Below, in pieces: positions 40,290-52,352 of a DNA stretch of 64,000 nucleotides. The stretch comes from Schmidtea nova (Eukaryota). Numbering within the stretch: position 1 is the stretch's first letter; each line of letters starts with the position of its first letter. The stretch is from contig CM097882.1 in assembly GCA_044892505.1 (NCBI GenBank), forward strand, positions 253,952,001 through 254,016,000. Direction: 5' to 3'. The position numbers and the translations under genes are program-made. The notes beneath the pieces were generated by a model. It made no database searches and was not told the DNA's origin. It worked only from the letters and a program-made list of their open reading frames with translations.

Positions 40290-42708
40290 GACATCTTGTC
40301 TTTGTTAACTAGGCTTGCAACTGCAATGTCTTTGTTAACTTGCATCTGTTTTGCAATATCTTTGTTAATATTGCACATGAATTGCAACGTCAAAATGGGT
40401 AGGAAAATAAATATATATATTACGTTGTGGTAGTTTAATTATTTTATTTTGACATCTTGAAGGTTTGAAAATATACACACACACATCTCAAATATCTTTC
40501 GCATGATATTTATATAGTTTTAAAATATTTTGAACCCTTGAATGTTTTGTATTAACTTGCGTGTATGTCTTTGTTAACTTGTATCCACATTGCAATGTCT
40601 TTGTTAACTTGCTTATGTATTGCAATGTCATTGTTAACTTGCATATGTATTGTTAAGGTGTTAAGGCATTACAATATCTTTGTTTAAAAAAAAGTTTTGA
40701 ATCCNNNNNNNNNNNNNNNNNNNNNNNNNNNNNNNNNNNNNNNNNNNNNNNNNNNNNNNNNNNNNNNNNNNNNNNNNNNNNNNNNNNNNNNNNNNNNNNN
40801 NNNNNNNNNNNNNNNNNNNNNNNNNNNNNNNNNNNNNNNNNNNNNNNNNNNNNNNNNNNNNNNNNNNNNNNNNNNNNNNNNNNNNNNNNNNNNNNNNNNN
40901 NNNNNNNNNNNNNNNNNNNNNNNNNNNNNNNNNNNNNNNNNNNNNNNNNNNNNNNNNNNNNNNNNNNNNNNNNNNNNNNNNNNNNNNNNNNNNNNNNNNN
41001 NNNNNNNNNNNNNNNNNNNNNNNNNNNNNNNNNNNNNNNNNNNNNNNNNNNNNNNNNNNNNNNNNNNNNNNNNNNNNNNNNNNNNNNNNNNNNNNNNNNN
41101 NNNNNNNNNNNNNNNNNNNNNNNNNNNNATGTCTTTGTTAACTAGTATCTGCATTACAATGTCTTTGTTAACTTGCATATGTATTGCAATGTCTTTGTTA
41201 ACTTGCATCTCTATTGCAATGTCTTTGTTAACATGTTGCTTACACTGCATGGGTACTGTAATGTCTTTGTTAAGGTTTTGGCAATGATATGTCTTTGTTT
41301 TATCAAATGATGCTGAATGAAGTTGACTTGTAATTAATGTTCGAGTAATAAGCTTTGGCAGATAAAAACCATCACAAAAGATGTTCTGCTACTAGGGTTC
41401 TGCTAGTAAATGTTCTGTTCGTGCCTGTGTTTAGTTATTTTAGGAATTTTGCATTGAGATGTCTTTGTTAAGGAATTTGGCAATGAAATGTCTTTGTTTA
41501 GTTTTTTTTTTTTTGGCAATGAATTTTGTCTTTGTTATGAAATTTGGCAATGAAATGTCTTTGTTTAGTTTTTTAGCATTGAAATGTCTTTGTTATGAAA
41601 TTTGGCAATGAAATGTCTTTGTTTAGTTTTTGGCATTGAAATCTCTTTGTTTAGTGTTTGGCATTGAAATGTCTTTGTTTAGTTTTTTGGCATTGAACAA
41701 AAGATGTTCTGCTACTAGGGTTCTGCTAGTAAATGTTCTGTTCGTGCCTGTGTTTAGTTATTTTAGGAATTTGGCATTGAAATGTCTTTTTTAAGGGTTT
41801 TGGCAAGGAAATGTCTTTGTTAAGGAATTTGGCAATGAAATGTCTTTGTTTAGTTTTTGGCATTGAAATGTCTTTGTTATGAAATTTGGCAATGAAATGT
41901 CTTTGTTTAGTTTTTGGCATTTAAATGTCTTTGTTATGAAATTTGGCAATGAAATATCTTTGTTTAGTTTTTGGCATTGAAATGTCTTTGTTTAGTTTTT
42001 GGCATTGAAATGTCTTTGTTATGAACTTTGGCAATAAAATGTCTTTGTTTACGTTGCATGTGGATTGCAATGTCTTTGTTAATGTTGCACATGGATTGCA
42101 ATGTCTTTGTTATGAGTTACCGATGACGTGACTTATTTATAAATTGAAATGAGTTATCGATGAGTCATAAGGATGAGTCATCGATGAGTCATAATGGTGA
42201 GTCATCGATAAGTCATCTATGAGTCATAAAAATAAAAAATAAAATTTGTGTTAAAAAAAATGTGTTAAAAAAAAATTTGAAAAAAAAAATTTGTGTTAAA
42301 AAAGTTTGTTTTAAAAAGAAAAATTTGAAAAAAAAAATTTGAAAAAAAAAATTTGTGTTAAAAAAATTTGTGTTAAAAAATTTGTGTTAAAAAAATTTGT
42401 GTTAAAATAATTTGTGTTAAAAAAAAAATTTTTGAAAAAATTTTGGCGCGAAAAAAAAATTTGAAAAAAAAATTTTGGCGCAAAAAAAAATTTTGAAAAA
42501 AATTTTGGCGCGAAAAAAAAAATATTTTAAAAAAATTTTTGGCGCTAAAAAAAATTTTGAAAAAAAAAATTTTGCCGCGAAAAAAAATTTTGAAAAAAAA
42601 AATTTTGGCGCGAAAAAAAATTTTGAAAAATTTTTGGTGCGAAAAAAAAATTTGAAAAAAAAAATTTTGGCGTGAAAAAAAAATTTGAAAAAAAAATTTT
42701 TGGCGCGA
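40290..42708. repeat. Successive minisatellites (GTCTTTGTTAACTTGCA-type; TTTGGCAATGAAATGTCTTTGTT-type; AAAAATTTGTGTT; AAAATTTTGGCGCGAAAA), with N gap 40705-41128
   Basis: Visible tandem arrays in the subterminal region of the non-autonomous Maverick. Confidence 0.8.
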
Positions 42709-44575
42709 ACCCCCCCCCCCCCCCCCCGGTAATTAAAAAGTCTTTGTTTGAATTTTTACGCCCACGCATTTCTTTGTGTTTGACTCCACACACCTACCTA
42801 CTTCTGTCAATTAAAATTGAACGATTATTTGTTTAATGAAAACTATATCAATGAATATTATCAATCTACTGCTGATGTTGAAGTGTTTCAAGCATGTTCG
42901 TCAATTAAATACTGCTATTTCCATGCTTTAAGATTGTTTAATCATATCAAACCGTTCTCCGAAGAAGAAAAAGAAATGTGGGTTGTAAAGTTGTGTATCA
43001 ATGCGCTGTTGAGAAGAAAGACCTACAATTTCGTTACTCGAGTGCCAATCGATCAGATCGAATTGATTATTATGAAAGCCATGCCGAAAGAGTTGATTAG
43101 AGGTGGAATTGATGAAGTCAATGAGAAATCGATGCAAAAATGGGTTCAACCGAGAGCTTTGAATATCAGTCAAATCCAAATCATGCAAAAGAATATCGAA
43201 AAGTGGACTATTAAATCCTTAGTTTATATGTATCATTTGACAAGCAACGATGACAGAATATCAATCTTTTCTCACTCAACATTCTGGAGGAGTGCACGGT
43301 TTATCAGTAGAGTAGGGGGAGCGCCCAAGAACAGGAACAGACCCCCCCTAAAAAATTTTTTTTTACCCCCCCCCCAAAAAAAATTTTTTTGTTTAAATAA
43401 AGTGAATTTTTTAAATTTTTTATTTTGTTTAAATTAAGTGAATTTTTAATTTTTAATTTTGTTTAAATGAAGTGAATTTTTTAATTTTAATTTTTTGTTT
43501 AAATGAAGTCGATTTAATTTATTATTTTGTTTAAATGAAGTCTTTATCTTATTTTTATTTATTTTTTAATTATTTTTATTTATTTTTATTTATTTTTATT
43601 TATTTTTATTTATTTTTAATTTTTTTTAATTTATATTTAATTTTTTANNNNNNNNNNNNNNNNNNNNNNNNNNNNNNNNNNNNNNNNNNNNNNNNNNNNN
43701 NNNNNNNNNNNNNNNNNNNNNNNNNNNNNNNNNNNNNNNNNNNNNNNNNNNNNNNNNNNNNNNNNNNNNNNNNNNNNNNNNNNNNNNNNNNNNNNNNNNN
43801 NNNNNNNNNNNNNNNNNNNNNNNNNNNNNNNNNNNNNNNNNNNNTAAATTTAAATTTATTTTTGGNNNNNNNNNNNNNNNNNNNNNNNNNNNNNNNNNNN
43901 NNNNNNNNNNNNNNNNNNNNNNNNNNNNNNNNNNNNNNNNNNNNNNNNNNNNNNNNNNNNNNNNNNNNNNNNNNNNNNNNNNNNNNNNNNNNNNNNNNNN
44001 NNNNNNNNNNNNNNNNNNNNNNNNNNNNNNNNNNNNNNNNNNNNNNNNNNNNNNNNNNNNNNNNNNNNNNNNNNNNNNNNNNNNNNNNNNNNNNNNNNNN
44101 NNNNNNNNNNNNNNNNNNNNNNNNNNNNNNNNNNNNNNNNNNNNNNNNNNNNNNNNNNNNNNNNNNNNNNNNNNNNNNNNNNNNNNNNNNNNNNNNNNNN
44201 NNNNNNNNNNNNNNNNNNNNNNNNNNNNNNNNNNNNNNNNNNNNNNNNNNNNNNNNNNNNNNNNNNNNNNNNNNNNNNNNNNNNNNNNNNNNNNNNNNNN
44301 NNNNNNNNNNNNNNNNNNNNNNNNNNNNNNNNNNNNNNNNNNNNNNNNNNNNNNNNNNNNNNNNNNNNNNNNNNNNNNNNNNNNNNNNNNNNNNNNNNNN
44401 NNNNNNNNNNNNNNNNNNNNNNNNNNNNNNNNNNNNNNNNNNNNNNNNNNNNNNNNNNNNNNNNNNNNNNNNNNNNNNNNNNNNNTTAAAATAATAATAC
44501 TAATATTTCATCACAGTCTAAATAATACAATAAGTAGAAAATAAATAAAAACAAAAAGAAATAAAATACAAATAT

Positions 44576-47500
44576 TTATTGAAATAAATCATCTTCATCT
44601 TCGTCATCTTCTTGAATATCTTCATCTTCGGTAATTGAATCCCCCATAACTGTAAAACTATCTCTACAATGTCCATAAGCAATACTTTTATTTTTCTCAA
44701 CCCAAAGTCTCTTATCATCGAGGTTAGTAAGTGCAATTTTTGAAAACTTATTAGTAAAAATTTGATGATTTTTACTCACAAATCGAGACTGCTCTACTGA
44801 AACTATAGTATTATTTCTATAACAATCAAGATAAGACCGATGCTTCAGTTTAGTATCTTTCAAACAGACGCCTTTAGCCTTTAAACATTCCTTATCACCT
44901 AAAAGACTATAACATTTAGGTCTAAGAAAAACCCATTCCTTATATTTATGACCCTTATTTTCGTCTTTAAACTTTCCTATAACAGAATCAAGTTTTTTCG
45001 AATATAAAGAATGACTAGGGTCGTAATTCGATGTATCCAAAAGACAATCTCTAACCATCGCAGGTAACAGAACATCTAACCTACAATTCTTAATCTCCAA
45101 GAAGAAAGAGTCAGTTTTGCCTGCAACTATATGAATCTCACAGTTGAATTCATTGCGATATTTTTGCAATTCTTCATACTGGAGTTGATACATTCTAAGT
45201 TTAGATAAATCCAGTACAGTTTGACCAATGTAGCTGGGTCTATCTAAACACACAGAGTCCTTATTAAGCAAGACAGAAATTAGGTCATCGTCAATCCTAT
45301 AAGTTTTTCTAAAGGTAGGTTTTGAAGTATATGTAATCAGTTTTGATGCTGAATTACAAAGTCGTAAATATAATCTTTTCTTAAGATTTTCCACAGTTTT
45401 TCCATAAAGACTGTTATTTAAAAGCTTATAAAAATCTTTATCTAAATTAAACGATGAAGCTGCCCTAAGTCGTGTATTCGTATCTATATACTCTTTAAAT
45501 ATAGATTTCTGTTTGTACTGAATAGCCCGATGAACTCGTGTTATTTTAACACCCAAAGAAAGAAATAATTTTAAAAGTCTCCAATGAACAACATAGTTGA
45601 ACTTTGGATAATGTGTCAACATTAACTTTTCAACTTTAGAATTGGGAGCACACATTCTTTCTGCCGCTACTGGAAAGTCATTTAATTTATCATGAATTTC
45701 AACTGGGATTACCAAGTCAACTTCAAATGTTACACCGATTGTTAAAAGTTCCAAGTCGGCATCCATCAAACTAATTAATTTATTTAATTTTTTCACATCA
45801 TTAATCCATTTAAATTTACCACAAGGTAATTTTTGGCTTAAGGCCCAACCGTACAAATTATTAATGTCGATGTAAAGTAGTTCAGTCGTTTCGGAGGATA
45901 CTACATGATGCTTGTTGACAAATGTCAAACCACCACGGATCCCCCCTTCGAAAAAATTATACATCTCCATATCCTGGAGCAACTCAATAGGTTCATCCAA
46001 GGTAAGAAGTGCAGAAGCCCACGACATACCTGGAATACCCAAGAAATTCAATGGTTCTAACCTATTATGAGAAATTGACTTGGCTCTAAACTGTTGGAAA
46101 AAGTCGGCAAGAAGAAAGACGTCAAGTTTAAGGTAGACCATCATGTAGTCACAAAGAGTTTGACAATTAGTTTCCCTCCAAATAACTAATGCCTTGTCGT
46201 ATTCAGCCTGCTTAACACCCTCCCAGATTGGTGGTAATTCATATGTTTCATTCAAGACTTCTAACGATGTTGCAAAATTATAAGGAAAAATACCCTTACA
46301 ATCAACAATAGTACCAGTGAATTCAGATCGCGTTAAAGGTAATGAAGTCAATGTTTTAACCGCATCATTTAAACTGGAGTTAATAAACTGACAAGAGTCA
46401 ATGAATTTAATTGTTAAATCACCGACTCTTGCAGATAAAGTAAGGAATTTTTCACTCGTAGTTGGAATACATGATATTTTCCAAGTTGAAAAGTTTGCCA
46501 ATCCATATTTAAGAATATGGTGCATGTCATACCCTTTTAAATTATGAAATACAACCGGTAGTTCCTTACGAATCTGTCTAGTAAGATTACATTTTAAGCA
46601 AGCAGCACCCAAATATTCACCAGTGTAGTGATCATGGTCTCTGACTGGTTGTACTAAAGTTTTCCTACAGAGATAACAATTTGTAGATGAGGCAAAAGAT
46701 ATTTTATTTTCAAATGTCATAATAAGTGGTTTTTTGAAATTGTTTTTATAAAAAGGAAAAACAATTTCTTCACCTATATTGTTAATTTCAGCAAGAAAAT
46801 TAGTAACGCAATCAAGACCTAAGAAACTCTTGTAAATCTTTTCTCCAGTGAAATTATTTACAAGTAAAAGACCGGCAGATATTGGGACATGTCTTTGAAA
46901 GTACTTATCATCAGCAGGTAAGATTGCCTCAAAATCGGCGTAAACTACAAAAGGTGGAGTAATTGTTTTGCCCCAATTACTAAATGTCAAATAAGGATTT
47001 TTAGGTAAAGTATATAGAGTTGTGCCTAATTGATTTTTAGAACACAACTCTTGATGACGAACAAAAGAATCTTGATATCTAAATCCATTCAAGCATCGAT
47101 GGCACCATAAACTTTGAATACGAGTACCAGATATCGATTTATTGTCAAGATTTAAAAGCCTATCAAGATTGGTTACTGCTATATAATGAAAAGAGTCACC
47201 ATTTTGTAAAAGAATCAAGTTAATAGGGATTCCGTCTACTACTTTCGACCTATAAATTATGTCAATACACGGATGTTTGAAAACTTCAGGCTTAGTGTCT
47301 AGAATTCCAGATTCATCATATGAAAGTACATTAATCGCATATCCCGGGTTTTTAGCTTCAAACTTTGGGATATTGCAAAGACGCATAGGCAAATCAGAAG
47401 GACTAAAGTTAACATCAGAAACATTGTAATTACTGATCCTATGTTTATTTTTACGACCAGATATCTCATCATATTTAATAATTACCAAAACAGAATAGAT

Positions 47501-48463
47501 AAAGCACAAATCATCAGAATTCTGAACATTTACAACACAATGTTTTGACTTTAAAGATTCAGGAGTGTCAATACCACCGTAACCTATCAACCTACTAATC
47601 TCAGAAAATTTGGTTAATATGAAATGAATTTCATTAATTTTATTAATTATCCAGTTACTACCTCTATTATTAATTAATGTAATTTTTTCATTAAGAATAT
47701 TAATGCCATCGTCTATAAAGGTATCTGTGACAGGTTTTGCAGAGTTAGAAATAACTATAGTTTGAAAAGCACCATCTTTTTCAAACTCAACTTCGATGCA
47801 AAATTGAATTTTAACCGTTCCCATCGTTTCAATTACATTATTTAATTTATTAATTAAATTATCAGGTACAAACATGCTTTTTAAATTCAAGTTAGTTACA
47901 ATCATTTTCACTATAGCATGTGATTTATTTAAATCAAATTTAACAACAGGTAAAATGGAACCACCAACCTGTACTTCAGGAACAAAAGAGTATTTATCGT
48001 CAGAAAATTTATCAAAAGAACCACCAATTTGAATATTATCGATAGGATCAAAAGAGTCTACAACCACAAAATCAGAAAGATTATTTAAATCAAGAATGTT
48101 ATCATCATCAGGAATGATATCATTACCAAGAATGTTATCATCATCATCAGAAATTACAACTATATCTGAAGGAACAATCGAATGAACAATTGAAGGATCA
48201 ACTGAAGGAACAACTGAAGAAATATCATCAGAAAGAACAACTGAAGAAATATCATCAGAAAGAACTGACTTGGTAATTTTGATTGGGATTGGACTATTTT
48301 CATTAAATTTTCTTTTAAGCGGTAATTTAAAAATTGATTTTTTAGATGTTTTAAATTGTTCTAAATGATCGCAATGAGTATTGTAAGTCAATATACGAAG
48401 AGGACGAAGTAGATTTGCAAAAAGGACAAATGTAGTAGGTTTTACAGTTATGAGGGTATGCAT
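44576..48463 (-). CDS. polB: Protein-primed family B DNA polymerase (pPolB), 1,295 aa
   Basis: EndoVII-like CYLC...RDHDHYTGEYLGAACLKCN; exonuclease FHNLKGYD, FIDS, KGIFPY, YLKLDV; polymerase YIDINNLYG, KLLNNSLYGK. Motif C reads GKTDS. Start uncertain. Confidence 0.93.
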   Translation of the reverse strand: MHTLITVKPTTFVLFANLLRPLRILTYNTHCDHLEQFKTSKKSIFKLPLKRKFNENSPIPIKITKSVLSDDISSVVLSDDISSVVPSVDPSIVHSIVPSDIVVISDDDDNILGNDIIPDDDNILDLNNLSDFVVVDSFDPIDNIQIGGSFDKFSDDKYSFVPEVQVGGSILPVVKFDLNKSHAIVKMIVTNLNLKSMFVPDNLINKLNNVIETMGTVKIQFCIEVEFEKDGAFQTIVISNSAKPVTDTFIDDGINILNEKITLINNRGSNWIINKINEIHFILTKFSEISRLIGYGGIDTPESLKSKHCVVNVQNSDDLCFIYSVLVIIKYDEISGRKNKHRISNYNVSDVNFSPSDLPMRLCNIPKFEAKNPGYAINVLSYDESGILDTKPEVFKHPCIDIIYRSKVVDGIPINLILLQNGDSFHYIAVTNLDRLLNLDNKSISGTRIQSLWCHRCLNGFRYQDSFVRHQELCSKNQLGTTLYTLPKNPYLTFSNWGKTITPPFVVYADFEAILPADDKYFQRHVPISAGLLLVNNFTGEKIYKSFLGLDCVTNFLAEINNIGEEIVFPFYKNNFKKPLIMTFENKISFASSTNCYLCRKTLVQPVRDHDHYTGEYLGAACLKCNLTRQIRKELPVVFHNLKGYDMHHILKYGLANFSTWKISCIPTTSEKFLTLSARVGDLTIKFIDSCQFINSSLNDAVKTLTSLPLTRSEFTGTIVDCKGIFPYNFATSLEVLNETYELPPIWEGVKQAEYDKALVIWRETNCQTLCDYMMVYLKLDVFLLADFFQQFRAKSISHNRLEPLNFLGIPGMSWASALLTLDEPIELLQDMEMYNFFEGGIRGGLTFVNKHHVVSSETTELLYIDINNLYGWALSQKLPCGKFKWINDVKKLNKLISLMDADLELLTIGVTFEVDLVIPVEIHDKLNDFPVAAERMCAPNSKVEKLMLTHYPKFNYVVHWRLLKLFLSLGVKITRVHRAIQYKQKSIFKEYIDTNTRLRAASSFNLDKDFYKLLNNSLYGKTVENLKKRLYLRLCNSASKLITYTSKPTFRKTYRIDDDLISVLLNKDSVCLDRPSYIGQTVLDLSKLRMYQLQYEELQKYRNEFNCEIHIVAGKTDSFFLEIKNCRLDVLLPAMVRDCLLDTSNYDPSHSLYSKKLDSVIGKFKDENKGHKYKEWVFLRPKCYSLLGDKECLKAKGVCLKDTKLKHRSYLDCYRNNTIVSVEQSRFVSKNHQIFTNKFSKIALTNLDDKRLWVEKNKSIAYGHCRDSFTVMGDSITEDEDIQEDDEDEDDLFQ

Positions 48464-48773
48464 AATATTTTTCCATTAATTCATGGCATTTTACATCATG
48501 AATTGTGGAGTTGCAATATTTTTGATATAAATTGCCTATAAATTTTAAAAATAATATAAAAATAATGATCAAAATAATGATAAAAATAATGATAAAAATT
48601 ATGATAAAAATATTATGATAAAAATTATGATAAAATATCAATGATGTATATCAAGTGTGTATACACACATTCAATTCAAAATATCGTAATGTATATTTAT
48701 TGATTATGATTGGTCAAAATAATTTAAAAATTACTATATAAACGACTTATAAAATTAAAATAATCATTAAAAA

Positions 48774-49302
48774 ATGTATCAACTGAAAAGTAAGATTAAT
48801 TAATTTTAAATGATTATTTTTAAATTTTCTTTTTCTAGAATCGAAAAGAATGTCAAAACAAGAAATAATGAAGATTATACTTGAGGAAAATCCTATTTCT
48901 TCATCTAATTTGGCATTGAATTCACCAGTTCAATTTCTACAATACTCGATGGAGTATTTGAAATATCCAATCAAATATTCATTTAAAGTAATTAATTAAA
49001 AATTATAAAAATCTAATTAATATTATTTACAGGAACCTGTTACATTGAAACAATGTCAATACAATATTCAGGTTGGAAAAATCGGGGAAATTGACAGAAA
49101 GAATCTATCAGAAATTTTAATGCTAATAAATAAAGATATTCAATTCAACGAGGAATTCACATATATGAACTGTAAAAAAGAAACAGATTTATGCAAATTA
49201 GATGAAAATTCAATGTATCAAATTCAAATTATCTTACAAGGATTTAAACAAACCGAAAACGTGATAAAACCTATTTGGAAAATTAATGATTTTCATGAAT
49301 AA
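48774..49302 (+). CDS. Three-exon hypothetical Maverick protein (introns 48790-48838 and 48988-49032)
   Basis: Both GT-AG introns restore one frame MYQLK|KSKRMSKQE...YSFK|EPVTLKQ...FHE*; TATATAAA at ~48735. Confidence 0.6.
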
Positions 49303-49937
49303 ACTCTTGTTTAATTTATTTGTTCTTTATTTGTTTTTAAAAATTGATTTTTACATTAAATATATTTTAAAATAATATATAAATATATCATTTATAAAAT
49401 ATATTTATTATAAAAATTAATTAAATCCATATAAAAATCTATCGATTATTAATTAAATTCATATTATATAAAAATATATCAATTATTAATTAAATCCATA
49501 TTATAATTATTAATTAAATTCATATTATATAAAAATCTATCAATTATAATTATTAATTAAAATCATATAAAAATCTATCAATTAAATTAATTAAATAAAT
49601 TCATATAAAAAATCTATCAATAATAAAAATAAACATTTAATTGATAATATATTTAATTTCGTCAATATATAAATACTTACATTTAAGTATCGATGGTATA
49701 ATTTTCTTTGAAAATTTCATTGGCATAACATTGTTTGGTATAATTTTCATTGGCATAATATTGCTTGGTTTAATTTTCTTTGACATAATATTGTTTGGTA
49801 AAATTTTCTTTGTTGTCATTATTTCAAAATCTGTAAAAAATAAATTAAAAAATATTCATAAAAAATTAAACTTACTTACTTAAGTTGGCTTGTTGTTAAA
49901 AATGTCGTTTATTTAAACGAAATTATTTTAAAATTAA

Positions 49938-50190
49938 TGTAATTTAAAATTAATTAAATATTTTACAATATGTAATTTAAAATTAATTAAATATTTTTAC
50001 AATATGTAATTTAAAATTAATTAAATATTTTTACAATATGTAATTTAAAATTAATTAAATATTTTTACAATATGTAATTTAAAATTAATTAAATATTTTT
50101 ACAATATGTAATTTAAAATTAATTAAATATTTTTACAATATGTAATTTAAAATTAATTAAATATTTTACAATATGCAATTTTAAATTAAT
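49938..50190. repeat. 33-34-bp AT-rich tandem repeat, ~7.5 copies
   Basis: TGTAATTTAAAATTAATTAAATATTTTTACAATA units at 34-bp spacing. Confidence 0.9.
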
Positions 50191-50265
50191 AAATTCAAAC
50201 ATAAAAATTCACTTTTGTATTAGTGAATACCATAAATAGAAAAAGTCGTTTTATAATAAAAAATT

Positions 50266-50644
50266 TTATTTCATATATTTTAGCCAAGCTAAACAATGTT
50301 GCCCACAGGTTTTTGTCATTGGATTTTGATATCGAATTCTGTTATATTCTATTGGTTTTAACATTGACGATAATTTTTTCAATAATATCGGTGGATAATA
50401 AAATCCCATTGGAACAAACACGTATATTTTATCGGGTTTATTATAAATTGCAAGCCAATGTTCGCCTTTGAGATTTGATGATTGAGTATTGACAATCAAT
50501 GCTTTATTCACATCTATATACGGTATTTTATCTAGAGGAAAAACTCCTAGAAATTCTGATCCAATCAATTTTCTAGCAATCTGATCTACCTGAATTGAAC
50601 TAAAATCAATAAAATTTAATTATTTAAAATAAATCTTACTTCAT
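50266..50644 (-). CDS. Adenain-like cysteine protease (PRO), two exons (intron 50600-50639)
   Basis: VNTQSSNLKGEHWLAIY...CGQHC catalytic motifs. The intron GTAAGA...TTTTAG gives the N-terminus MNSIQVDQIARKLIGSEFLGVFP in frame. Confidence 0.85.
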
Positions 50645-50721
50645 TTACTTTTTTAATTAATTAAAATTAGTTTATATTAAACCAATAATTTTCAATTAAA
50701 TCAACAATGTTTGAGCAGAGC

Positions 50722-51948
50722 TCAAACCAGTATTGTTCGATTAGCTGTAATTTGTAATTCCTTTGCAAAAACTCCATATACAATTACAGAAACTGATTCA
50801 GACAATGGTGTACCAAATTTAATATCAAGTCTTAAATTACCTTGTTGTGGTAATTGACTTTGATTTAGGTCAAAATCTGGAGCCAAAACGAAGGTGAAAA
50901 AAGGATATTTACTTTTCCAATCTGCTAAAGTAATACCGCAATTCATACTCTTATTCAGGTAACCAAGGTTACGGACAATAGATTGCATATAACTAGTACT
51001 ACAATTATCATTTTCAAAATCTTGAGAATATTTTTCACGATAATCACTTCCTTTTGATAAAGTTAATGATTTGACATTAAAATGATCGTAAATAGAATAA
51101 GTTTCAGTAAAAGAACCACTATGTCTTTTATTTCCTTGAAATGCTACAAGAATAAAGTTTGGTAATCGTCTATCGCCAAAGATTTGTTCCTTATAAAACG
51201 AAGAAGAACCCATTGGCAATGAAAATTCTACAACTTCCTTATTTCTTATTGGATAAATTGCATTTCTTGTACCAAGTCCAATTTGATGCCCAGCATAAAC
51301 TGATGGTTCTACTCGAACTCTTCTAACCATTAATTTTGCCTCTAATAATTCAATTATAGGTTCAATTTTTGTACATGTTAAACTATTGGATGGATTTGAT
51401 CTCGTCAATTTAATTTGAACACTAACACCTGGTAATAAATACTTGGGCTGTTCCATGAAATCGAAATGTAATGGAGAACAAATTGAAAATGGTTTTGATT
51501 TTGCAATCCATGCTTTTCTAGTAAGATCATGGTCATTGTATCCCATTGGAGTTAAAGATGTGTGTTTTGTATCACTATTGTAGTTGAGAATAGTTTCAAT
51601 CATGGCTTTGTGTGTAAATGTATCATTTCCCCCTTCAACTTTAGTAGAATTGAAAATTAATTCTGCTTCTTTAAAAAGAGTTTGGAAAAAGAAATTGTTG
51701 GGAGTAACATCAGCATCCAATCCTAAATTTTCACCCGATTTGTTTACAACTTTGACCTGAAGAGATAGTAAAGTATCGTTCAAATCTAAATATTCAGTTT
51801 GAGATCCATTGATGTAAAATTGAATAGATGATGTCCCAGCATCTGTAATTGAATTTGTTGGGTAAATATCTTCAAAGGCACCATGTTCAGTTACTGCTTG
51901 TGGAGATGGTCTATCAAAAAGACATAATTCAGATTTTGCACTAATCAT
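50722..51948 (-). CDS. Major capsid protein (double jelly-roll, Maverick MCP)
   Basis: KSELCLFDRPSPQ...IYPTNSI...IQFYING...YLDLNDT, LPNFILVAF, GNLRLDIKF, typical of Maverick MCP. Confidence 0.88.
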   Translation of the reverse strand: MISAKSELCLFDRPSPQAVTEHGAFEDIYPTNSITDAGTSSIQFYINGSQTEYLDLNDTLLSLQVKVVNKSGENLGLDADVTPNNFFFQTLFKEAELIFNSTKVEGGNDTFTHKAMIETILNYNSDTKHTSLTPMGYNDHDLTRKAWIAKSKPFSICSPLHFDFMEQPKYLLPGVSVQIKLTRSNPSNSLTCTKIEPIIELLEAKLMVRRVRVEPSVYAGHQIGLGTRNAIYPIRNKEVVEFSLPMGSSSFYKEQIFGDRRLPNFILVAFQGNKRHSGSFTETYSIYDHFNVKSLTLSKGSDYREKYSQDFENDNCSTSYMQSIVRNLGYLNKSMNCGITLADWKSKYPFFTFVLAPDFDLNQSQLPQQGNLRLDIKFGTPLSESVSVIVYGVFAKELQITANRTILV

Positions 51949-52352
51949 TTTTCAAATATTGTTCCATATCCTTTCATTCTTTTGTTTATATGTTTCTTCA
52001 TATTTCTTTTTCGTTTAAGAATTCCGCCATTTTGTTTATTTTCAGTTTTATTTTCGTTAAACACATCAGTCACTTTACTAATTACTTGTGGCAAATGATG
52101 AATCACATCGGGCAATGAGTCTTTAATTTCAGAAATGGCATTGGATTTTAGTGCAGGTAAAATCTTTGAATTATTATTTAACACATCATTGGCAGTTTTC
52201 ATACCAAAATTTCCAATACGTCTAAGAATTGGTAATGCAAATCTACCTATCGTTTTCAACCAACCAGTTCCATATTGCTTACCTACAAAATACGGTAATT
52301 CTCCACCTGATTGGCTGTTGCTATAGAAACTGATAATATCTGGATTATTCAT
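51945..52352 (-). CDS. Small Maverick virion/core-type protein (QxGG / QYGxG motifs; PW-like)
   Basis: SQSGGELPYFVGKQYGTGWLKTIGRFALPILRRIG and a basic C-terminus; adjacent to MCP as in Mavericks. The family name is tentative. Confidence 0.65.
   Translation of the reverse strand: MNNPDIISFYSNSQSGGELPYFVGKQYGTGWLKTIGRFALPILRRIGNFGMKTANDVLNNNSKILPALKSNAISEIKDSLPDVIHHLPQVISKVTDVFNENKTENKQNGGILKRKRNMKKHINKRMKGYGTIFEK

Larger units (their letters stand above)
34755..42802. mobile_element. Non-autonomous Maverick/Polinton derivative (8,048 bp including N gap)
   Basis: ~75-bp TIRs starting AGTAGGTAG (34755-34829 and 42728-42802) and a 6-bp TSD TCTGTC (34749-34754, 42803-42808). No core Maverick genes are visible. 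Confidence 0.85.

Noticed and set aside
42475-42793. Lys/Phe-rich ORFs near the right TIR of the non-autonomous Maverick
   Set aside because: They are translations of the AAAATTTTGGCGCG minisatellite.
40684-44494. ORFs containing X runs (also 58321-59037)
   Set aside because: They are artefacts of N gaps and low-complexity sequence.
48351-48641. Zinc-finger N-terminal exon of pPolB (YICPFC...)
   Set aside because: It is in a different frame from pPolB and no splice or frameshift could be fixed from the sequence.
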